IMG/VR virus record: IMGVR_UViG_2061766007_000468
Source of the DNA: an uncultured virus (IMG/VR IMGVR_UViG_2061766007_000468)
Taxonomy: Duplodnaviria; Heunggongvirae; Uroviricota; Caudoviricetes
DNA: 49,844 nt
Reading direction: 5' to 3' (one strand)
Shown here: piece after piece, positions 20,134-29,491 of the stretch
Numbering within the stretch: position 1 is the stretch's first letter
Layout: each line of letters begins with the position of its first letter
The notes under the pieces: model-generated
What the model was told of the DNA's origin: nothing
The model's database searches: none
The model's input: the letters and a program-made list of their open reading frames with translations, nothing else
Made by a program: the position numbers and the translations under genes

Positions 20134-20931
20134 ATGAGACTTGGTGAACTCGAAGACAAACTAAACGAAATCCTCCGTCCCAAAGACTTCAAGGACTTCT
20201 GTCCCAACGGACTAATCGTCGACGCCGTCGGCGACAAGACCCGCGAAATCAAGAAGGTCGTAACCGGAGTAAGTCTGCGCAAGGAACTCATCGAGGAAGC
20301 CGCCATACGAGGTGCCGATGTGATAATCGTGCATCACCCAAACGGCTTCTGGCACTCCGACAAGAACAAGTGTGTAGACAACTCGCAGTTCGGCAACTAC
20401 GTCCGCTTGCTTATCCAGAACAAAATTTCGCTGTTCGGCTACCATTTGCCGCTGGACGCGCACAAATACCTTGGAAACAATGCCACGGTGTTCAATCTGC
20501 TCGGCTTGAAAAAGACCGTCGAAAAACATGGTGCCGTCAACGAAATGCTTGCCGTGTGGTTTGAAGCCGACCACTTCATGTACGGAAACATTGGCTACGG
20601 TGGACCTGGTGTCATCACGACTGAACTTTTGGACAAGGTATTCCCCAAGGGCTACCAATCATTCAACTTCGAATCCGGCAAGGAATACAATGTCGCCGTC
20701 TGCACTGGCAGCGCGGCAACTGAATTTGATGAAGTCGTGTCTCGTGGGTACAACATGCTGGTAACCGGCGAAATCCGTGAATCAACGCCTATACTTTCCA
20801 AGGAATACGGGGTCGCGGTCATCGCAGCCGGACACCACCGTTCCGAAGTTTTCGGTGTGCGAAACCTGGCCAGAGAAATCATAGAAATGGGTGTCGACGC
20901 CGAGTTCGTCGACATTGACAACCCCATCTAA
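20134..20931 (+). CDS. Nif3/YbgI-family dinuclear metal protein (GTP cyclohydrolase I type 2 family)
   Basis: D.CPNGL.V, IIVHH, YHLPLDAH..GNN, VTGE, AGHHRSE.FGV, DIDNPI. Confidence 0.9.
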   Translation: MRLGELEDKLNEILRPKDFKDFCPNGLIVDAVGDKTREIKKVVTGVSLRKELIEEAAIRGADVIIVHHPNGFWHSDKNKCVDNSQFGNYVRLLIQNKISLFGYHLPLDAHKYLGNNATVFNLLGLKKTVEKHGAVNEMLAVWFEADHFMYGNIGYGGPGVITTELLDKVFPKGYQSFNFESGKEYNVAVCTGSAATEFDEVVSRGYNMLVTGEIRESTPILSKEYGVAVIAAGHHRSEVFGVRNLAREIIEMGVDAEFVDIDNPI

Positions 20932-20943
20932 CTTTGCTATATT
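20915..20943 (+). promoter_or_regulatory. Promoter for the FETNSSS cluster, -35 box inside the last codons of the Nif3-like gene
   Basis: TTGACA (20915)-17bp-TATATT (20938), extended TG. Confidence 0.7.
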
Positions 20944-20952
20944 GAGGTCATT

Positions 20953-21363
20953 ATGAAGACTATCAGAACATCGGTTTTCGAAACCAATTCCAGCTCCACG
21001 CATTGCGTGACCTTGATGACTGACGAAGAGTTCCGGAACTTCAAGAACAATGAAGCTCTGTTCAACTTCTTCACGAACCGTCCAGCCACTTGGGAAGAAT
21101 TCTATGCATCCTTCAAGTCCGATTGCACGCGTCGTCACGTCGAAAAGGTGCCTACGCTCGAAGAGTTCATCGAAGCGGCCAAGAAGTTCATGGACACCAA
21201 CTGGGAACCGTTCGACGACAATGACGAAGCGAATAACGCCATCTGGGAAACGTGCCGCCGTTCCGGCATCTATACCTATGACGGCGTTGCCGACATCGAA
21301 GAGAGTGAACGCACTATCGGCGACCATAAGTTCCACGCGGTTTCCGCATACGTAGCGGAGTAG
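20953..21363 (+). CDS. FETNSSS-motif family protein (copy 3)
   Basis: MKTIRTSVFETNSSSTHCVTL ... FHAVSAYVAE. Confidence 0.8.
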   Translation: MKTIRTSVFETNSSSTHCVTLMTDEEFRNFKNNEALFNFFTNRPATWEEFYASFKSDCTRRHVEKVPTLEEFIEAAKKFMDTNWEPFDDNDEANNAIWETCRRSGIYTYDGVADIEESERTIGDHKFHAVSAYVAE

Positions 21364-21366
21364 GCC

Positions 21367-21816
21367 ATGCGTACAGTCCGTCCATCCGTGTTCGAGACGA
21401 ACTCCTCGTCTACCCATTGCGTTACCTTCTTGACCAAGAAGGAACTCGACGAGTTCCGCGACCGTTCCTTGGTGTACGACTGCTACGCGGAAAAACTCGT
21501 CCCGGCGTCGGAAATGTATCCTCGCTACATGGAAATGCTCAACGATTCTGTCCTCAAGGGCGAGGCTCCAGAAGAAGACGTAAGTGCGCTTACGCCTACC
21601 GAATAGGTGTTCGTCACTTGGATCCACGGCTGGGAAAACGTGCTGAAGGGCGTGAGTATCATGGAAGCCGACGATGCTGCCGTAAGCTGCATCCGTCGTA
21701 ACCTCAGCTATCTGCATGCCGATGAGGAATTCCTGGTGTACGGATTCTGCGAAGACAAAGTCAAACAAAAGGGCGACGAAGACTTGTTCGCCCTGTCACT
21801 CTATAGGGACAACTGA
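21367..21816 (+). pseudogene. FETNSSS-motif family protein (copy 4) with in-frame TAG at 21604-21606
   Basis: MRTVRPSVFETNSSSTHCVTF; frame continues after TAG to LFALSLYRDN, matching paralog C-termini. Confidence 0.7.
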
Positions 21817-21818
21817 TA

Positions 21819-22256
21819 ATGCGTACTATCCGTCAATCCGTGTTCGAGACGAACTCCTCGTCTACCCATTGCGTCACCTTCGTCACGCCGAATGAATACG
21901 AGGACTTCGTCAAGCGCCGTACAGTGTACAACGTCAAGGACAAGAAGATGGTTCCCATCGCTGATCTTTACTCGTTCTACACTGAACATGTCAAGGAACA
22001 AACCAAGTTCTTGATGCTCGACGAGCAAGAAGTCGCCAAGCGCATGCCGTCTTGCGACATGTTCTGCAAGTGGGTAGAGAACTGGCACAACATTCCGATG
22101 TTGAATGACGACATCGACAAAATGCTGTACGATATAATGGTCTATACTCTCCAGAGGGACTACTGTACCGCTGGTTACAGCTGCGACTGGACGACCGCGA
22201 CGACTACGGTCAACGGCACCGAAATCATGGCACTTTCTTTTTACAAGGGTGAATGA
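21819..22256 (+). CDS. FETNSSS-motif family protein (copy 5)
   Basis: MRTIRQSVFETNSSSTHCVTF ... IMALSFYKGE. Confidence 0.8.
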   Translation: MRTIRQSVFETNSSSTHCVTFVTPNEYEDFVKRRTVYNVKDKKMVPIADLYSFYTEHVKEQTKFLMLDEQEVAKRMPSCDMFCKWVENWHNIPMLNDDIDKMLYDIMVYTLQRDYCTAGYSCDWTTATTTVNGTEIMALSFYKGE

Positions 22257-22930
22257 TGCGTACTATCAGAAAACATGTATTTGAGACAAACTCCAGCTCC
22301 GAGCATAGCATCACCTTCTCCGAAGATTTGCGCTCGCCGGAAGACTTCCCCAAGCTGAACGCCGACGGCATCCTCGAAGTCGAGGTCAAGCACTACTGGA
22401 CTTGCGGTGGCGCTGGCACATGCACGAGCGACGTGAAGGATATCATCGAATATCTCTGCACGATGGCCGTACACTGCTCAAGTAAGTATCCAGACTCGAT
22501 GACGCAAGTCCTCGACGACCTCAAGTATGCCTACACCAACATGGCACTTCCGACACCCAAGGGTATCGAAGTGTATGTCGTAGACGACAAGGGACACCGT
22601 TACCCTTACCAGCAGCTGGTCAACGAGGCAGTTGATTACGTTGTCTTGGACGATGACAAGAACTACGAATGTTGCTTCCGTAGTCTCAACAACTACTACG
22701 ACACCATGCGTCCGTCCGAGTTCAAGGAATTCTGCCGTCTCCACCAAGGCTACATTGACGAGAAGGTCGTCGTGATTTCTCGTCAGGTCGGTCTTGCTTG
22801 CAACCTTATTTGGGATGACTACAAGAGGTCTACCGAAGACATATACTCTACCGATCTGGACGTCGAAAATTCGTTCGACGGCAAGGACTTGCTCGTCAAC
22901 AAGTGTACACTTTCTTTCTTCCACAGTTAA
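22253..22930 (+). CDS. FETNSSS-motif family protein (copy 6)
   Basis: MRTIRKHVFETNSSSEHSITF ... CTLSFFHS. Confidence 0.8.
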   Translation: MMRTIRKHVFETNSSSEHSITFSEDLRSPEDFPKLNADGILEVEVKHYWTCGGAGTCTSDVKDIIEYLCTMAVHCSSKYPDSMTQVLDDLKYAYTNMALPTPKGIEVYVVDDKGHRYPYQQLVNEAVDYVVLDDDKNYECCFRSLNNYYDTMRPSEFKEFCRLHQGYIDEKVVVISRQVGLACNLIWDDYKRSTEDIYSTDLDVENSFDGKDLLVNKCTLSFFHS

Positions 22931-22956
22931 TAGCAATCATATAAAATGACTACCAG

Positions 22957-24288
22957 TTATTTTTGGCCTATCGGGGACTGTGAACTCCCGACCACGGAAA
23001 TAGGATTTCCTTTTTCGTCGAAGAAGCCTTCGTTCGTCCAGAAGAACCCGGACTTGCGGTGCAGCTTCAAGTTGAATACGAGTGCATGACTGCAGTTAGG
23101 CAGACCTTGTGCATGGAGGTTTGCGTTAATAGCGCCAACCTCGTCCGCATCGTCGACGTATCCGCACATGCAGCAACGGAATACGACACCTTTCTTGGGT
23201 CTGTTCTTTACATGCACCCAGCCGTCCATCGGACACCGTAACGAATTGCATATGTTATCGACTTCCTGGATAGGGACGCCCATCTCCTCGGTAGTCCTCA
23301 TGTACAAGACATTACGGATTTGTGGGTTCGAGAAAGCGGTGAGCAGTTTGCTCGTCCGCTTTCCACGTTTAATATCAAAATGTCGTTCTAGGTTGATTTG
23401 ATTGTAGATTGACCAGTTAACTTGTTTGATTGACTTGCATACATAAGCTTCACGTTCATTTAACGCTCGCCGATATGCCTTGGAGCCACGTTTCTTTCTA
23501 GCAATTTTATTTAGTATGTGTTTATACCCATGATTTTCATCAGGAATTTCGGTTCCGTCAGACGCAGTGAGCATACGACGGACACCTTGGTCAAGGCCAA
23601 CTAATTTGGTGCCGATACATTTAGGAACAGGTTTACGATATCGAATGTGTATGGTATCATCGGACAGCAATATCGACGGTAGCACCTCATGCTCGCCATT
23701 ACACCACTTATCATCCATTCTGGTACGACGTAGTGGGATGCTGATTGTATATCCTCGTCCATACTCGATTGAATTAAACAAGGATTTCAATTCAATCCAT
23801 ATAGCGAATGTTGTATGTTTATTATCTTGTATCGAGCAGCAAATTGAATTGATTTCGGCATTAGCCTTTTCGGCTTTTGGCATTGACGGTTTATGGTCAA
23901 GTCGTTTAGCGATTTTATTAGGAATAGGCTTATTTTCGTCAATACATTTTTGCTTAATTTCTAAGTCAAGTTGTCTACGTCGTAGGGCCGCCTTAACCAT
24001 TCCGCATGCTTGCGTCGCCGCACACTTCAACGCACGACCGCTCAACTGGGTCTCTATAGGGATATCGGTAGTGCTAATCATGGATGGTACATTGAGATAG
24101 TCATGAGCTACGTCAAGTATCTTTCCGGTAGTCCATTCTCGTGGACTGTTCCAGAGTGTATCTACGTATACGCCGACTGCTTTCCGATATTCTGTAAGGA
24201 AATAGGATACGGCATGAAGTTTGCCGGTATTAGCAAACTTCATGCTGTGTGCCGTACTGCGTACGTATGTCTCCGGCAATTTGTCCAT
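22957..24288 (-). CDS. tnpB: TnpB nuclease of an IS607-family element
   Basis: VGLDQG, NLE, SLRCP...CCMCG..DDADEVGAIN; directly downstream of a serine recombinase C-terminus. Confidence 0.85.
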   Translation of the reverse strand: MDKLPETYVRSTAHSMKFANTGKLHAVSYFLTEYRKAVGVYVDTLWNSPREWTTGKILDVAHDYLNVPSMISTTDIPIETQLSGRALKCAATQACGMVKAALRRRQLDLEIKQKCIDENKPIPNKIAKRLDHKPSMPKAEKANAEINSICCSIQDNKHTTFAIWIELKSLFNSIEYGRGYTISIPLRRTRMDDKWCNGEHEVLPSILLSDDTIHIRYRKPVPKCIGTKLVGLDQGVRRMLTASDGTEIPDENHGYKHILNKIARKKRGSKAYRRALNEREAYVCKSIKQVNWSIYNQINLERHFDIKRGKRTSKLLTAFSNPQIRNVLYMRTTEEMGVPIQEVDNICNSLRCPMDGWVHVKNRPKKGVVFRCCMCGYVDDADEVGAINANLHAQGLPNCSHALVFNLKLHRKSGFFWTNEGFFDEKGNPISVVGSSQSPIGQK

Positions 24289-25047
24289 TATATTTGATCG
24301 TCCTCTAACGCTTTCTTGATTTTATCCAATTTATTCTTGGCCCGACGCATACCATATAGTCGGCAACAAAACGATGTTACAATGGAAATCATGTCTTGCA
24401 TCAAGTCATGCTCGTCATTGTCGTTAGGATTCATTACAATGATCTCACCACGATCTGCATAAAGCTTGTCTATGTACTCGAAACCGAATCTGGTTAGGCG
24501 ATCCTTGTTTTCTACGACAATTCGAGTGGGACGAGATGTCATCATACGCCAGAANNNNNNNNNNAGAATGTTGTATGCTTATTATCTTGGATTGAGCAGC
24601 AAATTGAGTTGATTTCAGCATTAGCCTTATCGGCTTTTGGCATTGACGGTTTATGGTCAAGTCTTTTAGATATTTTCTTAGGGATAGTCTTATTTTCGTC
24701 GATGCATTTTTGCTTAATTTCTAAGTCAAGTTGTCTACGGCGTAGAGCCGCCTTGACCATGCCGCATGCTTGCGTCGCAGCACACTTCAACGCACGCCCA
24801 CTCAACCGAGTCTCTATAGGTATATCCGTAGTACTAATCATGGATGGTACATCGAGATAGTCGTGAGCTACATCAAGTATCTTGCCACTAGTCCATTCTC
24901 GTGGGCTGTTCCAGAGAGCATCAACGTATACGCCGACTGCTTTCCGGTATTCCGTAAGGAAATCGGATACTGCATTCAGTTTGCCTATATTGGCAAACTT
25001 CATGCTGTGCGCCGTACTGCGTACGTATGTTTCCGGCAATTTGTCCA

Positions 25048-25641
25048 TTACGTTTGGTCGTCCTCTAATGCTGTCTTAATCTTATCCAATTTATTCTTGG
25101 CTCGACTCATACCATATAGTCGGCAACAAAACGATGTCACAATGGAAATCATATCTTGCATCAAGTCATGCTCGTCATTGTCGTTAGGATTCATTACAAT
25201 TATCTCACCACGGTCTGCATACAGCTTGTCTATGTACTCGAAACCGAACCTGGTTAGGCGGTCTTTGTTTTCTACGACAATTCGAGTGGGACGAGATGTC
25301 ATCATACGCCAGAATTGGTTTCGGCTATCATTCATGCCACTGGCCACTTCTTTGTATATACCATCCACCTTGAAGCCGTTGGCGGCACAAAAGTCAAGAC
25401 AACGCTGTACTTGGTAGTCTAGTTCCTTTCGCCTACTCTGGTTGCTTACTCGGCAATATACGCATGTTCGTTCGGGTATTTCCTTCTTGGGGTCAATATC
25501 CGGATCCTCAACATAGATAGAACCGGTACTATCCTCTTGATATGCACCTGGTATCAATCCCTTATGGAATTTCTTTAATGCACTCTGGTAGCTGCATCCT
25601 AGTTGCTTAGCATATTTGGATAACTTGATTCGTTGCTTCAT
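25048..25641 (-). CDS. tnpA: IS607 TnpA serine recombinase/transposase
   Basis: N-terminal HTH, YCRVS, L..Q, EVASG, VVENKDRLTRFGF, SFCCRLYG. Confidence 0.9.
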   Translation of the reverse strand: MKQRIKLSKYAKQLGCSYQSALKKFHKGLIPGAYQEDSTGSIYVEDPDIDPKKEIPERTCVYCRVSNQSRRKELDYQVQRCLDFCAANGFKVDGIYKEVASGMNDSRNQFWRMMTSRPTRIVVENKDRLTRFGFEYIDKLYADRGEIIVMNPNDNDEHDLMQDMISIVTSFCCRLYGMSRAKNKLDKIKTALEDDQT

Positions 25642-25757
25642 ATAATAAAGTTTATATGTCTTGTATATTAAATTATATTATTTATTGCATGAATTATTGT
25701 ATATTCGGTAAATTATTACTATATTTCTATTGAAATGTTAATCACACGTAGGTCATT

Positions 25758-26267
25758 ATGAATACTATCCGTAATAATGTATTCGAAATNNNNNNNNNNN
25801 NNNNNNNNNNNNCGTTCAACAATAGCGTACCCGGCGACCGTGACAACTACGTCATCGAAGCCAACTGCGACGGTGAGTACGGCTGGGGCCCAGTAGGCGA
25901 AGCCATCGTGACGCCTTCGCAGCTTCTCGACTATGCGCTCATCGCGTATTCCTACATCTGCAAGGACAAAGACGAGTGCGACGGTGTCTTGGACGAAGTC
26001 AAGCGAGTGTTCGCCACGCACGGCGTCACCGTCAACTACAAGCTGGATGCCGAATGCAATCAGAATGCCATCTGGTTTGAAGTGGATCCGTGGGACGACC
26101 GCAAGATCCCTACGGCACACGTGTCCGGCTACATCGACCACCAGAGCGCACCTCACGAATCCGAAGACTGCATGTACCTCGCAAAGATAGTGCGTGACAA
26201 TCCGGAAGAACTCTACGGATTTGTGTTCGGCGGCGGTGAAGTCATTCTCGACAACGACAACCACTAG
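25758..26267 (+). CDS. FETNSSS-motif family protein (copy 7; motif core hidden by N-gap)
   Basis: MNTIRNNVFE then gap; C-terminal GYIDHQS ... VILDNDNH; frame across gap uncertain. Confidence 0.65.
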   Translation: MNTIRNNVFEXXXXXXXXXFNNSVPGDRDNYVIEANCDGEYGWGPVGEAIVTPSQLLDYALIAYSYICKDKDECDGVLDEVKRVFATHGVTVNYKLDAECNQNAIWFEVDPWDDRKIPTAHVSGYIDHQSAPHESEDCMYLAKIVRDNPEELYGFVFGGGEVILDNDNH

Positions 26268-26275
26268 GATTCAAT

Positions 26276-26527
26276 ATGGATCGAGATTACTGGATTCTCA
26301 ATATTGTCTTCTTGATTGTACTGGTAGTGTTCATCGGTCTGACCCTATGGCTTGCTGCCGAGGCAGACCGTGCGCATTCTTGCCTTCTCGATGACGCGTG
26401 TATCGAGAAATACCGTACCAAGATCGAACTTGGAAAGAAGAGCGGGTGCCACGAACCTCGTTCCACCCACAAGCCAACCGCGCACCCGACCGTAATCGGC
26501 GGTCGTCCATACGTATTTTTCTATTAA
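26276..26527 (+). CDS. Small membrane-anchored protein
   Basis: N-terminal TM helix; AGGA RBS. Confidence 0.55.
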   Translation: MDRDYWILNIVFLIVLVVFIGLTLWLAAEADRAHSCLLDDACIEKYRTKIELGKKSGCHEPRSTHKPTAHPTVIGGRPYVFFY

Positions 26528-26536
26528 GGTACCCAC

Positions 26537-28507
26537 ATGATCGTAAACATTCCCACGAACGAAGACATTCCCATGAACAAACACGGATTCTACCGCTTTG
26601 CTGCGGCTTGCCCAAAGATGAAGGTGGCCGACACAAAGTACAACACCGACCAGATTATCGAATGCATCCACAAGGCTCACGTAGAGCAAACCACCGTGAT
26701 CGTGTTCCCGGAACTGTCCATTACTGGCTACACTTGCAATGACTTGTTCCATCAAGAACAGCTCCTCAATAAGGCCGAGGAAGCGCTCGAACGCATCAAG
26801 GCGTTCACCATGAACGAATGCCAGAAGATAATCGTTGCCGTCGGCGCACCCGTACGCATCGAAGGCCGCCTCTACAACTGCGCGGTGTTCATCGAGGGTG
26901 GCACTATCATCGCCGTGACTCCGAAGATATACCTTCCGAACCAGCGCGAGTTCTACGAGAAGCGCTACTTCAGCAGCGGTCGTGAAATCCTCCGTGGCAT
27001 TCCGAAGGTGTGCAAGCTTTGCGGATGGGCTAAAGTCCCGGTCACCAACCTCATCAAGACCGACGAAGACCTCGTCATCGGCTGTGAACTCTGCGAAGAC
27101 CTCTGGGTGCCGAATCCTCCAAGCGGATACCTCGCGCTCACTGGCGCACAGGTCATCGTGAACTTGTCCGCAAGCGACGCTCTCGTAGGCAAGGCCGACT
27201 ACCGTCGCAACCTTGTACTTAACCAGTCCGCTCGTTGCATGGCTGGCTACGTGTACGCCTCCGCCGGTGTACACGAATCCACTACCGACATGGTTTGCAG
27301 CGGACACTTGATTATCGCCGAAAACGGCAGCAAGCTTGCCGAAGAAAACAGCTTCTCTCGCAATAACGAAATCATCTACGCCGATATCGACGTTAAGCGC
27401 CTCACAATGCAGCGCATATCCGAAGGCGACTTCCAGGACTTCATTTCTACTCCGTATGACATCCGTGCGGCCAGAGCGCCGTTCATCATGACGGCTGACG
27501 AACTCAAGTACCGTTACGTTGCCAAGACTCCGTTCGTACCGAGTTCCGATGACCACCGTAAGGAAGTATGCAGCGAAATCTTCAACATACAGTGCGCTGC
27601 CCTTGCCAAGCGCCTTGAGGCATCCAACACCCAGCGAGCCGTCATTGGACTCTCTGGCGGTCTCGACTCCACCTTGGCACTTCTCGTCATCTACCAGACC
27701 TACCTTCTCTTGAACCGTCCGGTGAAGGACATTCTCGCTATCACGATGCCCGGCTTCGGTACGACCAATCGCACAAAGGGAAATGCGGAAAAGATGGCCG
27801 AATGTCTCGGCGTGGAACTCCGTACCATCGACATTACGGACGCTTGCTTCCAGCACTTCAAGGACATCGGACACGATCCAAACATTGCCGACGTGACCTA
27901 CGAAAACGTGCAAGCTCGTGAACGTACGCAGATCTTGATGGACGTGGCCAACAAGGAACACGGCATCGTCATCGGCACTGGCGACTTGTCCGAAATCGCA
28001 CTCGGCTGGTGTACCTACAATGCCGACCACATGTCCATGTATTCCGTCAACTGCGACATCCCCAAAACGCTTGTTCGCTATCTTGTCGGCTGGTATGCTT
28101 GCTTCGCTGACAACTCGACCAGCGAACTGTCCGCCGTGCTCCAGGACATCCTCGATACTCCGGTCTCCCCGGAGCTTCTCCCGACAGACAAGGACGGAAA
28201 CATCACGCAGAAGACCGAATCCATCCTCGGCGACTACATCCTTCATGACTTCTATCTGTACCACTTCGTCAAGTACGGTGCGACGCCGGAAAAGATCCTC
28301 TACCTCGCCAAGTATGCGTTCAAGGACGACTTCAGCGAAGACGAGCTGAAGACGACTCTCAAGCTGTTCCTCCGCCGCTTCTTCACGCAGCAGTTCAAGC
28401 GAAGCTGCGTACCTGACGGCCCGAAGGTTGGTACTCTGTCCCTTTCTCCTCGTGCCGACTGGCGCATGCCCAGCGACGCGAGCTTCAACGACTGGCTGGA
28501 GGAATAG
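26537..28507 (+). CDS. nadE: Glutamine-dependent NAD+ synthetase (alternative start 26573)
   Basis: Nitrilase domain FPELSITGY, K.YLPN..EFYEKRYF, ELCEDLW; synthetase SGGLDST, ENVQARERT, GTGDLSE, FKRS..PDGPKVG. Confidence 0.95.
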   Translation: MIVNIPTNEDIPMNKHGFYRFAAACPKMKVADTKYNTDQIIECIHKAHVEQTTVIVFPELSITGYTCNDLFHQEQLLNKAEEALERIKAFTMNECQKIIVAVGAPVRIEGRLYNCAVFIEGGTIIAVTPKIYLPNQREFYEKRYFSSGREILRGIPKVCKLCGWAKVPVTNLIKTDEDLVIGCELCEDLWVPNPPSGYLALTGAQVIVNLSASDALVGKADYRRNLVLNQSARCMAGYVYASAGVHESTTDMVCSGHLIIAENGSKLAEENSFSRNNEIIYADIDVKRLTMQRISEGDFQDFISTPYDIRAARAPFIMTADELKYRYVAKTPFVPSSDDHRKEVCSEIFNIQCAALAKRLEASNTQRAVIGLSGGLDSTLALLVIYQTYLLLNRPVKDILAITMPGFGTTNRTKGNAEKMAECLGVELRTIDITDACFQHFKDIGHDPNIADVTYENVQARERTQILMDVANKEHGIVIGTGDLSEIALGWCTYNADHMSMYSVNCDIPKTLVRYLVGWYACFADNSTSELSAVLQDILDTPVSPELLPTDKDGNITQKTESILGDYILHDFYLYHFVKYGATPEKILYLAKYAFKDDFSEDELKTTLKLFLRRFFTQQFKRSCVPDGPKVGTLSLSPRADWRMPSDASFNDWLEE

Positions 28508-28509
28508 CC

Positions 28510-29040
28510 ATGAAGACTGTCAGACCGTGTGTGTTCGAGACGAACTCGTCCTCGACACACTGCTTGACCATTGTTTCCGCGTCTCGATGGGAAGACTTCG
28601 AGAACGGCAACGGCATGTACAGCACTGAACACGAGGACTTGTTCTCTGCGTCCGATATGTACAAAATGTTCCTCGAAGGAGACAAGGACGGCGATTACAA
28701 TAGTGAAGAGTACGAGACGTACCTCGCGGAGAACCACGCCGAAAAGCTGACTGTCGAGGAATTCGAGTTCGTTATCCAGAATTACAAGGTAGCTCGGCGA
28801 TGCTACGAAAACGACCGCTACAAACTTACTGAAAGCTTCACAAAGGAGATTACAGACAAATTTGGCGAGAATACTCACCTCAATCGCGAAGTTTTCGAAC
28901 TCATCGGCAAATGGCTGTCCGACTTCGGAATGCAGACGTACGATGAATGGAAGGACGATGACGAGAAGGACTGGTTCGCCAATGAACAAACGATCGAAGG
29001 CGTACGTGTCGTAGCCTTCGGCAAATATGGCTGGGGCTAA
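28510..29040 (+). CDS. FETNSSS-motif family protein (copy 8)
   Basis: MKTVRPCVFETNSSSTHCLTI ... VVAFGKYGWG. Confidence 0.8.
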   Translation: MKTVRPCVFETNSSSTHCLTIVSASRWEDFENGNGMYSTEHEDLFSASDMYKMFLEGDKDGDYNSEEYETYLAENHAEKLTVEEFEFVIQNYKVARRCYENDRYKLTESFTKEITDKFGENTHLNREVFELIGKWLSDFGMQTYDEWKDDDEKDWFANEQTIEGVRVVAFGKYGWG

Positions 29041-29041
29041 T

Positions 29042-29482
29042 ATGAAAACTATCAGAACGAATGTCTTTGAGACAAACTCTTCCGCGACCCACGCGATCTG
29101 CATCACGGATCCGGAGACCTACGAAGACTACAAGGCTGGCAAGTACGTGTACAGCGGCGGAAAGCTCATTTCAGCGGAAAAACTGTTTGAAAAGTTCCAC
29201 GACGACAGTTGTTCTAACTGGAGCAACTACACTCAATGGTGCAAAGAGCACAACCGTAAGCCGATGGACGTGGCCGCCTTCTCTGAAGCTCTCCGCATCG
29301 TCGCTACAGACGACTGGGACAAGAAGAGCGAAAAGACCGACTACGTGTCCGACTGGCTCAGAGACCACAGTAGTTACCAGCCGTTCAACCGTCTTGGCTT
29401 CGACGAGTACGAGACGTTCGAGAAGCGCTCTACCATCAAGGGCACCGAAGTCGTCGCGTTCGGCTACTATGGCGGCTACTAA
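29042..29482 (+). CDS. FETNSSS-motif family protein (copy 9)
   Basis: MKTIRTNVFETNSSATHAICI ... VVAFGYYGGY. Confidence 0.8.
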   Translation: MKTIRTNVFETNSSATHAICITDPETYEDYKAGKYVYSGGKLISAEKLFEKFHDDSCSNWSNYTQWCKEHNRKPMDVAAFSEALRIVATDDWDKKSEKTDYVSDWLRDHSSYQPFNRLGFDEYETFEKRSTIKGTEVVAFGYYGGY

Positions 29483-29491
29483 GGAGTCTGC

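Larger units (their letters stand above)
22935..25700 (-). mobile_element. IS607-family element (tnpA plus tnpB), partly represented twice across the gap at ~24555; boundaries approximate
   Basis: The tnpA/tnpB junction occurs at both 24288 and 25048 with allelic differences. Confidence 0.75.

Noticed and set aside
21604..21606. Genome-wide TAG reassignment (genetic code 15)
   Set aside because: TAG ends many genes at expected positions with the next gene or a terminator directly after (3494, 17598, 21363, 28507, 35132, 41043); only one internal TAG was seen.
20953..22300. Nucleotide repeats GTGTTCGAGACGAACTCCTCGTC as a CRISPR-like or DNA repeat array
   Set aside because: They encode the FETNSSS motif, vary at synonymous positions between copies and are spaced by whole genes.
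26547..26578. Short direct repeat ACATTCCCA(C/T)GAAC at the nadE start
   Set aside because: Only two copies of 14 nt; likely a small local duplication giving alternative starts, with no further support for function.
26345..28264. Long minus-strand ORFs (also 5471-6580, 6752-7750, 20782-21768, 44711-46225)
   Set aside because: They are antisense shadows of well-supported plus-strand genes, caused by codon bias; no motifs or RBS.
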